Source of the DNA: a virus
IMG/VR virus record: IMGVR_UViG_3300045988_020170
DNA length: 40,706 bases
Reading direction: 5' to 3' (one strand)
The notes under the pieces were generated by a model. The model did not search any database, was not told where the DNA came from, and worked only from the letters and a program-made list of their open reading frames with translations. Below are positions 26,584-32,775 of the stretch, piece after piece (the first letter of the stretch is position 1; each line of letters opens with the position of its first letter). The position numbers and the translations under genes were made by a program.

Positions 26584-26762
26584 AAGAAACGTCCCACCTT
26601 CTCTACATCAATACCCCACGTATAAACGCAAGGCTTCGGGAAAGGCAGGACGTTATTAACACAGTATATGTAGAAAGAATAAATATATTACTTTCTGAAA
26701 CCATAATACAGTGAAAAACTAATATTGTCAATAAGCTGATCGAAAATTTTTTATGAAATAGC

Positions 26763-26791
26763 TTGACTGAGCTGGATTATTTTCATATAAT
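26763..26791 (+). promoter_or_regulatory. Near-consensus sigma-70-type promoter (TTGACT - 17 nt - TATAAT)
   Basis: -35 at 26763..26768, a spacer of exactly 17 nt, -10 at 26786..26791. Confidence 0.7.
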
Positions 26792-26825
26792 AACTAGCAC
26801 AAAAGGATGAAAACGCCCTTTATAG

Positions 26826-26856
26826 GGGCTGGTGCCTGCACCGGCCCTGTTTTTCT
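26826..26856 (+). terminator. Intrinsic terminator 1
   Basis: gggctggtg-cctg-caccggccc followed by tgtttttct. Confidence 0.7.
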
Positions 26857-26866
26857 ATCTATTTTT

Positions 26867-26900
26867 AGCCCATGCAGTTCACCGCTGCATGGGCTTTTTC
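26867..26900 (+). terminator. Intrinsic terminator 2
   Basis: Perfect 11-bp stem agcccatgcag / ctgcatgggct with a 7-nt loop, followed by ttttt. Confidence 0.8.
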
Positions 26901-26904
26901 TATT

Positions 26905-26956
26905 TGCGTCAGAAATGCTACCGAAATGCGTCACTCATGCTACCTTCGTGCGTCCC
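26905..26956 (+). repeat. 22-bp-phased direct repeats: tgcgtcaNNNatgctacc x2 plus a partial third copy (tgcgtccc)
   Basis: tgcgtcagaaatgctacc at 26905..26922, tgcgtcactcatgctacc at 26927..26944, tgcgtccc at 26949..26956. Confidence 0.6.
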
Positions 26957-27027
26957 TTAGAAATTTGAAATCCCTCATACTGAACGTAGGAACTGGCCGG
27001 TTCACTACATTTTTCGGAGGGAATTTT

Positions 27028-27591
27028 ATGGAATACGCAAGCAACGGCAAGGCCAATGCGGCCCTGACCACTGGTATCATCGGCACGGCGGGCGTCGGCC
27101 TCGGACTGCTGGGCAACCTGCTCGGCGGAGGCTGGAACGGCTGGGGTGTAAATCCGGCTGCGGGGTGCAGCGAGAATATGCCGGTCACGCGCTATGAGCT
27201 TGATCGTGAGCAGCAGCTCGCGCAGAAGGACAGCGAGATCGCGATGCTCAAGGCCAACACCTACAACGATCAGAAGTCGTTGGAGATGTACGCCTATATC
27301 GACGGACAGCTCAAGGACATCCGTAAGTCGATCTGCGATCAGGCAGTCCACAACCAGCGCACCGAGGACAGCTTCGTCCTTGCCCGTCAGGACATTGCAT
27401 CGGTCAAGTCCGAGCTGCACCGCGAAATCGAGATGGAGGCCGAGCGGCGCTGCTGCGGCGACAACTCGATTGTCACCTACGCGAACGCGACCTTTTATCC
27501 CAAGCAGGTCGCCGACGTCACCACCGGCACCGCAACCACGGCGCAGACGCTCTACAATCCACTCCCGAAGTGCGGCTGCTGCAACAAGTAA
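27028..27591 (+). CDS. Glycine-zipper / coiled-coil / Cys-cluster protein, function unknown
   Basis: ATG sits 6 nt after GGAGGG. N-terminus AALTTGIIGTAGVGLGLLGNLLGGGW, central heptad-rich region, C-terminus RRCCGD...KCGCCNK. Confidence 0.65.
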   Translation: MEYASNGKANAALTTGIIGTAGVGLGLLGNLLGGGWNGWGVNPAAGCSENMPVTRYELDREQQLAQKDSEIAMLKANTYNDQKSLEMYAYIDGQLKDIRKSICDQAVHNQRTEDSFVLARQDIASVKSELHREIEMEAERRCCGDNSIVTYANATFYPKQVADVTTGTATTAQTLYNPLPKCGCCNK

Positions 27592-27597
27592 ACGCAA

Positions 27598-27617
27598 GGG
27601 GCGGCAATAGCCGCCCC
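27598..27617 (+). promoter_or_regulatory. Intercistronic GC hairpin (ggggcggc-aata-gccgcccc), no U-tract
   Basis: Read directly between the stop at 27591 and the RBS of the next gene. Confidence 0.5.
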
Positions 27618-27639
27618 GCCTTAAAATGGAGGTAACCTT

Positions 27640-27978
27640 ATGGTGACGATAGATCAGGCCATGCGCGGCGTGGCGCAGTATGCCGACAGTGAGATCATCC
27701 CGCACCTGCCGACCGGCAAGGGCATTGGAGCCGGGATTGCGCTGGCGCTCATCATGGACGGCGGCAAGAGCCGCATCCTCGCGCTGAAGGACCACCCGGC
27801 AGTGCAGATGATGGGCATTATGGACGCAGAGGGCAACATTGACCTTGACCGGCTCTACAACGCCGCGAGAACGCAGGTGGACGGAAAGAAGATCCCACTG
27901 ACCATTCCGGTCATTGGGGAGCTGCGGTTCGATGTGAACGACGTCGACCGGCTTTACAAATACATTCAGGAGGCTTGA
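27640..27978 (+). CDS. Hypothetical protein (112 aa)
   Basis: ORF track. GGAGG lies 7 nt upstream. Confidence 0.6.
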   Translation: MVTIDQAMRGVAQYADSEIIPHLPTGKGIGAGIALALIMDGGKSRILALKDHPAVQMMGIMDAEGNIDLDRLYNAARTQVDGKKIPLTIPVIGELRFDVNDVDRLYKYIQEA

Positions 27979-27979
27979 C

Positions 27980-28459
27980 ATGGGAAAAGAGCATTATATC
28001 GAAGAACTGAAACGGCAGCTGCATGAGATCATGGAGCGCCCGGTGACGCTTGGGCGCGCGGAAGAAGTCATGGTGTACGCGGACGCCATCTGTGCGCTGC
28101 ACAAACTGGACGATGACCATTTTCGTGAGTCCACGAAAATGATGGAATTCACCCGCGAGGATGCTGAAAAGTGGGTATCGCACATGGAGAACGAGGACGG
28201 TACGACCGGCGCACACTGGACGATGGAGCAGACAGATGCTGTGGCCAACATCACAGGTGTTCATGCGAAGTCCTGCGTCTGGTGGGCGGCAATGAACATG
28301 ATGTATTCGGACTATTATTCCGTGGCGTCGAAATACGGCCTTGATAGGCCGGAGTTCTACGCCGACCTTGCAAAAGCGTTCCTCATGGATAAGGACGCCG
28401 GAGGCCCGGAGGCGAAGATGGCCGGGTATTATCATGGGGTTGTAGCGAGAAAGAATTAA
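27980..28459 (+). CDS. Hypothetical protein (159 aa)
   Basis: ORF track. The start is 1 nt after the previous stop. Conserved-looking block GTTGAHWTMEQT...WWAAMNMMYSDYY...FYADLAKAFL. Confidence 0.6.
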   Translation: MGKEHYIEELKRQLHEIMERPVTLGRAEEVMVYADAICALHKLDDDHFRESTKMMEFTREDAEKWVSHMENEDGTTGAHWTMEQTDAVANITGVHAKSCVWWAAMNMMYSDYYSVASKYGLDRPEFYADLAKAFLMDKDAGGPEAKMAGYYHGVVARKN

Positions 28460-28462
28460 GAT

Positions 28463-28486
28463 TTTGCCACGAAATTGGACACGAAA
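28463..28486 (+). repeat. attP arm-type repeats, left arm (2 x 12 bp: tttgccacgaaa, ttggacacgaaa)
   Basis: Tandem 12-mers of the same family as 28681..28728. Confidence 0.6.
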
Positions 28487-28529
28487 AATAAAAAGCGTTG
28501 AAAATACTAGTGTTTTAGGCAAATATAAA

Positions 28530-28556
28530 CGGGTTCAAGTCCCGCCTCGCGCACCA
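28530..28556 (+). other. attP core: 3'-terminal fragment of a tRNA gene (T-arm, acceptor 3' strand, discriminator, CCA)
   Basis: cgggTTCAAGTcccgc-ctcgcgc-a-cca has exactly tRNA geometry after the T-loop (5+7+1+3 nt). No 5' acceptor complement lies upstream, so this is a fragment only. Confidence 0.7.
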
Positions 28557-28564
28557 ATTACGAG

Positions 28565-28603
28565 AAACCAGCAATCAGTTGAGATTGCTGGTTTTTCTTT
28601 TAT
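28565..28603 (+). terminator. Rho-independent terminator directly after the tRNA fragment
   Basis: aaaccagcaatc-agttga-gattgctggttt followed by ttcttttatt. Confidence 0.8.
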
Positions 28604-28680
28604 TCTCAACGGGTTTCGCCATTTTTACAGTCTGTAATTCCATACGTTTGTCCTCGTTTTCATACTGGAATATCGCAAAT

Positions 28681-28728
28681 CTGGACGCGAATTTGGCCAC
28701 GAAATTGGCCACGATATTTGCCACGGAC
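28681..28728 (+). repeat. attP arm-type repeats, right arm (4 x 12 bp: ctggacgcgaat, ttggccacgaaa, ttggccacgata, tttgccacggac)
   Basis: Four contiguous 12-mers abutting the integrase stop codon. Confidence 0.65.
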
Positions 28729-29751
28729 TTATATGTCCTTGTCAAAAAACGAAGTGATGGCAGAGACGGACTTTGATACGTCGGATTCTGCAACATGGGT
28801 ATAGATCTTTCTCATGGTCTGGTAATCTGCCCATCCGCCAATTTGCATAGCAACCTTCTCAGATACGCCGAGATGGTAAGCAAGGGAGCAGAATGAATGG
28901 CGGAGACCGTGCGTTCCGATAAGCGGTAAGCTGTTCTCTGCGCAGATGCGGTTTACTTGTGACCAGATTGTGTTTGGGTTGCAAGTGACCACAAATTCCC
29001 CTGTCCTTGTCGCAGCGGTCAATAGAGATTTTAGGCGTGGGATCATGATTGGAACCGTTCGGCGGGAAGAAGCGTTCTTGTTGTCTGGCTTATTGACAAG
29101 CTTGTTTTCTGAATCGTATACACTGGAACCGCGAATGTGGATTAGTCCATTTTTCAGGTCGACATTTTCCCACTTCAGACCCATAATTTCAGAACGACGG
29201 AGCGAGTGCAGACCGAGCAGCGCGGGAATTTCACAAGGCTGTCCCTCAATAGCGTTAATGAATATGTGGATCTGCTCTGGCTGCAAGAACGGGTGTTCGT
29301 TTTGAACAGGCTTTGGAAGATACACGACATATGTTTTCCCTGTTGCATATTTGATTGCGGAGGATACAAGCGCCCATGAATTCTTAATTGTTTTTGGACT
29401 TACAGATTCTGAATTGACTGCTTTCTGACAGATTGCGTCTGTTAGCTCGTCGATGTGCAGATTCATTAGTTCGGGGAACCGGTTTTGCTTGATCGTTAAA
29501 TATCCGCGCCTCGTAGATGGCGATATCGATTTTTCGTTTGCGGAAAGGTAATTGTCAATCGCGGCGGAGACGGTGTTCTTCTCGCTTTCTTTCTTTGGCA
29601 TGGTATATCCGAGCTTGCAATCTTTTGCAAGCTTTTCTGCTTCGGATTTTGTTGTGGCTGTGAACGAGCAGCGTTTTCCGTCGATCATAACGCGGCAGCG
29701 CCAAGAACCAGAGGGCAGCTTCTCCGCATCCGGTACGTTTATTTTTTTCAT
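28729..29751 (-). CDS. int: Tyrosine recombinase (integrase)
   Basis: LRRSEIMGLKW (Arg), HGLRHSF (HxxR) and RKIYTHV (Tyr). Start trimmed to MKKINVPD after AAGGGA; that ATG overlaps the upstream stop (ATGA). Confidence 0.9.
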   Translation of the reverse strand: MKKINVPDAEKLPSGSWRCRVMIDGKRCSFTATTKSEAEKLAKDCKLGYTMPKKESEKNTVSAAIDNYLSANEKSISPSTRRGYLTIKQNRFPELMNLHIDELTDAICQKAVNSESVSPKTIKNSWALVSSAIKYATGKTYVVYLPKPVQNEHPFLQPEQIHIFINAIEGQPCEIPALLGLHSLRRSEIMGLKWENVDLKNGLIHIRGSSVYDSENKLVNKPDNKNASSRRTVPIMIPRLKSLLTAATRTGEFVVTCNPNTIWSQVNRICAENSLPLIGTHGLRHSFCSLAYHLGVSEKVAMQIGGWADYQTMRKIYTHVAESDVSKSVSAITSFFDKDI

Positions 29752-30356
29752 TCTTTTCCCTTCTTCTGCTGTTTCGTGTTGTGGATGATCGACCATGCGA
29801 TGATGGCAACTGCGGCAACGATCATGCAGAGCACGATCCATGCCGCAGGCTGCAGGGACCCATTTATGATAAACCCGACGTCTGAGACGCGGAAGTCCAG
29901 AACGAGGTAGATCAGCAAGGTAAAGGCCATGACGGCACAGGAGCACATCAGAGTATAGATCACAGGGCGGCGCGTTTTGAGCTGCGCACGGAGAAAGTCT
30001 GCCTTTTCTTTTTGGTGGGAGACTTCCAACTTCAAGTTTTCAACTTCGCCGATGAGTTCGACATTCTGAACTTTCAATGCATGGTTCTCGGATTCCAGCA
30101 TTCGGTTTTCCCTTGTGAGTTGTTCGTCCGGGCTTGGCTCCGGCATTGTGATTCCGTAATGCTCATCCACCGATACGCCAAACTCTTTGCAGATCAAGGC
30201 GACAGTTTCACAGGAGGCGTTCGGAATCTCTCCACGGAGGAATTGCGCAACGGTTCGCTCTGATTTTCCGGTTGCGTCGGCAAGGTCTTGATTTGTAATT
30301 CTTGGATTCGATGTTTCTTTGATTTCTCGACATTTTTCGTATAATTCTTGTGACAT
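29748..30356 (-). CDS. Membrane-anchored XRE-family HTH protein
   Basis: N-terminus ITNQDLADATGKSERTVAQFLRGE (HTH). Coiled coil ENHALKVQNVELIGEVENLKLEV. Two C-terminal TM segments. Confidence 0.7.
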   Translation of the reverse strand: MSQELYEKCREIKETSNPRITNQDLADATGKSERTVAQFLRGEIPNASCETVALICKEFGVSVDEHYGITMPEPSPDEQLTRENRMLESENHALKVQNVELIGEVENLKLEVSHQKEKADFLRAQLKTRRPVIYTLMCSCAVMAFTLLIYLVLDFRVSDVGFIINGSLQPAAWIVLCMIVAAVAIIAWSIIHNTKQQKKGKE

Positions 30357-30581
30357 AAACCAGATTCCTTTCCAAAAAGTACATGATTCTTCCTCTTAAA
30401 ACAAAGAATACTTTCTCGACAAATCGCCTCCTGAAGAGTACGCTGAATGTGCAAGCAAGCTCCCACTCGCTTGCGGTAAGCCGAAGCCCCGCCGCCGGGG
30501 AGATTCGACGGCGGGGTGATCTCAACCATAGTCCTATGGTTGACGCCTTGACCTGTCAAGGCGTTATTCCCACCTGAGACG

Positions 30582-31286
30582 TTAATCGTGGTACTTCATA
30601 ATGAGCTTCGGGACGGTGACATTTCCGCCAAGCACAGAGATATATGTTGTAACGCCGTCACACTCCCCATAGCAGGTGATATAGTCGCCCTCAAGGATGC
30701 GGCTCTCCCCTTCTGGCCGATTGTAAGATACATACCAGATGCCATCAGAGGTTTCAACGCGGAAGTCAACTGAATTGGTGCTGAATAAGTCAAGCGCATC
30801 CTCTGAAACCTGAATAACGGTGCCTGAAAACATTACCTTTTCACCGTCATAGCTATCCGGGTTCCGCGCTACGTCGTTATACAAAACGGCATCACATTTC
30901 GCGATATAGTTTTCTCTTGAAACCACTTCATTTTTATCGTCCGTTTCCGCTTGTGCCTCAGGCGGTGCATCCGAAACCGCGGAACTTCCGAAACTCGATG
31001 CGTCTTCTACTGCGGCCTCGCTATTTGGCATATCCATGATACGCTCTTGAATGATCGTCACAAGAAGCAGCGTTACAAGGATAGCAATGATGCCACCATC
31101 TGAAATCTTTTGTATGTGACGCGCACCGCAGGAAGGGCATTTCCTAGCCTGCTTGCTGATTTCTTTTCCGCAAGTGCGGCACACGTCTTTCCGGTTCTTC
31201 GCGCGGCAGTTTGGACATTTTCGCAACCGCTCGTTGAATACCTCTCCGCACATCGGACAGGTCACGTAATACACCGACCTACTCAT
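30582..31286 (-). CDS. Zinc-ribbon / single-TM / extracytoplasmic-domain protein (TcaA-like architecture)
   Basis: CPMCG..CPNC..CRTCG..CPSCG, then the TM segment GGIIAILVTLLLVTII, then a beta-rich C-terminal domain. Confidence 0.65.
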   Translation of the reverse strand: MSRSVYYVTCPMCGEVFNERLRKCPNCRAKNRKDVCRTCGKEISKQARKCPSCGARHIQKISDGGIIAILVTLLLVTIIQERIMDMPNSEAAVEDASSFGSSAVSDAPPEAQAETDDKNEVVSRENYIAKCDAVLYNDVARNPDSYDGEKVMFSGTVIQVSEDALDLFSTNSVDFRVETSDGIWYVSYNRPEGESRILEGDYITCYGECDGVTTYISVLGGNVTVPKLIMKYHD

Positions 31287-31408
31287 ATCATACTCCCTCT
31301 AATTTCCCTCTAATTTCTCTTTATCTATCATAATCCATGTCCGATAGTACGGACATTTCAAGATTATGCGCATAGAATTTGGGACACCAATCTTGTGCAA
31401 AATGCAAG

Positions 31409-31437
31409 TTGACTAAATAGAACGAAAGTTCTAAAAT
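31409..31437 (+). promoter_or_regulatory. Near-consensus promoter (TTGACT - 17 nt - TAAAAT) pointing into the 3' end of the repressor gene
   Basis: -35 at 31409..31414, spacer of 17 nt, -10 at 31432..31437. Confidence 0.6.
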
Positions 31438-31474
31438 ACAAATACTGCCTCAGATAACAGAAAGGAAAACGCGC

Positions 31475-31603
31475 ATGGAAAAGATTAAAGAACAATACGA
31501 GAAGTCGAATAATGCCTATGCGCAGTTGAGCGCAGAGAACAAAGAGAAAATCAATCTTCTGATTTCTGAGATGCTAGAAAGGCAGCAATCGCAGCATCAA
31601 TAG
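31475..31603 (+). CDS. 42-aa coiled-coil ORF convergent with and overlapping the repressor gene (not in track)
   Basis: MEKIKEQYEKSNNAYAQLSAENKEKINLLISEMLERQQSQHQ. AAAGGA lies 9 nt upstream. Overlaps 31551..31603 of the minus-strand gene. Confidence 0.35.
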   Translation: MEKIKEQYEKSNNAYAQLSAENKEKINLLISEMLERQQSQHQ

Positions 31604-31916
31604 CAGCGCGATTCGCTGCATTCAACTTCAAATAGTCTGGGTTCATCATATTATCGGCCTCATCCTCCGGGATGGGGCCTTTTTTTATACCCTTTTCGTC
31701 CGTTTCGCCTTTAAGCCATTCAACGGAAACGTTGTATTTAGCTGAAACGACATACAGGTAATTCCGATATGACTTTGTCTTCCCACCTTCCCACTCAGAA
31801 ACAATGTTCGTCGGTGCACCAATGGCTTCACAAAATTCCTTTTTCGCTCCGTGAACATATTTTCCATTCTCTTTTTTAGGGATGAGAGAAAGCATCCGTT
31901 TTAGCATAATGTCCAT
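31551..31916 (-). CDS. CI-like XRE-family repressor
   Basis: KKEFCEAIGAPTNIVSEWEGGK is an HTH. Divergent from the Cro-like gene. ATG at 31916 is preferred over TTG at 31940. Confidence 0.65.
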   Translation of the reverse strand: MDIMLKRMLSLIPKKENGKYVHGAKKEFCEAIGAPTNIVSEWEGGKTKSYRNYLYVVSAKYNVSVEWLKGETDEKGIKKGPIPEDEADNMMNPDYLKLNAANRAAIDAAIAAFLASQKSED

Positions 31917-32094
31917 ACCATCACCACAGGAATTGTGCAATTCTACAAAAACTAGAAAACTCTAATTTTTATATTGCATTATTAGAATTTATGAGGTATC
32001 ATATGGATGTACCAATCAGAGGGTACAACAAGGCAGCCCCTCAAAGAGCGGCGATTTTTAATGATTCCTGACAAATTCATTGTATCACTGCTCT

Positions 32095-32123
32095 TTGAGG
32101 CTGTCAATATGAAACCTCATAAT
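32095..32123 (+). promoter_or_regulatory. Candidate early rightward promoter (TTGAGG - 17 nt - CATAAT)
   Basis: Read directly. The -10 element lies inside the 16-bp palindrome. Confidence 0.4.
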
Positions 32124-32130
32124 TATGAGG
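32115..32130. promoter_or_regulatory. Perfect 16-bp palindrome cctcataattatgagg (candidate operator)
   Basis: Read directly. A related half-site, aatttatgagg, ends at 31997. Confidence 0.55.
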
Positions 32131-32153
32131 AAATAAGAAGAGGGTGAAAATGC

Positions 32154-32339
32154 TTGAAATTCAAGGAACTGCGGCTTGCGGCTGGTCTTACACAAGCCGA
32201 GGTTGCAAAAAAACTTGGCGTAGACCAGAGCACAGTCAGCATGTGGGACACAGGAAAGTCGAAGCCATATTGGGTGTTTCATAAAAAGCTCGCCAAGCTC
32301 TACGGCGTGACCGTTGATGAACTGATGAAGGAGGAATGA
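32154..32339 (+). CDS. Cro-like XRE-family HTH protein
   Basis: LRLAAGLTQAEVAKKLGVDQSTVSMWDTGK. TTG start. The nearby ATG at 32149 is in another frame and gives a non-HTH product. Confidence 0.7.
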   Translation: MKFKELRLAAGLTQAEVAKKLGVDQSTVSMWDTGKSKPYWVFHKKLAKLYGVTVDELMKEE

Positions 32340-32342
32340 GAA

Positions 32343-32582
32343 ATGCCGAAGCTGGCAGTCAAGCGGGACACGGATTACCGCTTGACGGTGATGATCCGGG
32401 GTGAGATGGCTGCACAGGAGATCAGCATCGAAAAGGCGGCGGAGTATGCGGGGATGGCGAGATCGACGCTCTATGACCTGCTCAAAAGTCCGACGAGCTA
32501 TTTTCCGCAAACGCTGCGCCTGATGCGGAAACTGAGTATTCCGGTCGAGGAAATGCGGGCGGCGATCAGCTACCCGTGGTAA
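32343..32582 (+). CDS. Small HTH-like early protein
   Basis: ISIEKAAEYAGMARSTLYDLLK. 79 aa. Confidence 0.5.
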   Translation: MPKLAVKRDTDYRLTVMIRGEMAAQEISIEKAAEYAGMARSTLYDLLKSPTSYFPQTLRLMRKLSIPVEEMRAAISYPW

Positions 32583-32595
32583 AGGAGGAAGGAAG

Positions 32596-32775
32596 ATGAT
32601 CTCAAAGAGAGAATGGTACGCCGCTTTACGGCGGATGCTCAAGCGGGCGGCGCTGTGGTTCGGAGGACTGTTTTTGATGACCGCATTATTCTACTTGCGC
32701 GTTTGGGGATTGCCGCTGGACGCGGCAGTGATGGCGACGATCTCTGCTATGCTCGTATGGTACGGGGCGGCATGA
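32596..32775 (+). CDS. Small membrane protein (59 aa, not in track)
   Basis: AAAGGAGGAAGGAAG RBS. MISKREWYAALRRMLKRAALWFGGLFLMTALFYLRVWGLPLDAAVMATISAMLVWYGAA. Confidence 0.5.
   Translation: MISKREWYAALRRMLKRAALWFGGLFLMTALFYLRVWGLPLDAAVMATISAMLVWYGAA

Noticed and set aside
26807-26968. 53-codon ORF starting just after the 26763 promoter (MKTPFIGAGAC...)
   Set aside because: It has no spacing between the purine run and the ATG, and it reads straight through both terminator hairpins. It is more likely non-coding leader or sRNA sequence, though a leader peptide is not excluded.
26872-27027. N-terminal extension of the 239-aa track ORF (26872..27591)
   Set aside because: The extension runs through terminator 2 and the direct repeats and has no RBS. 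An excellent GGAGGG-6-ATG start exists at 27028.
26935-27981. 348-aa minus-strand ORF
   Set aside because: Antisense shadow of the 27028..27978 genes. Low-complexity, Arg/Leu/Val-rich, and lacks start-site signals.
28481-28556. Intact tRNA gene
   Set aside because: Only the T-arm, acceptor 3' strand and CCA are present. The upstream 50 nt are AT-rich and contain no complementary 5' acceptor strand or D/anticodon arms.
28579-28776. 65-aa + strand ORF across attP
   Set aside because: It lies over the terminator and the arm repeats, has no RBS and a low-complexity translation.
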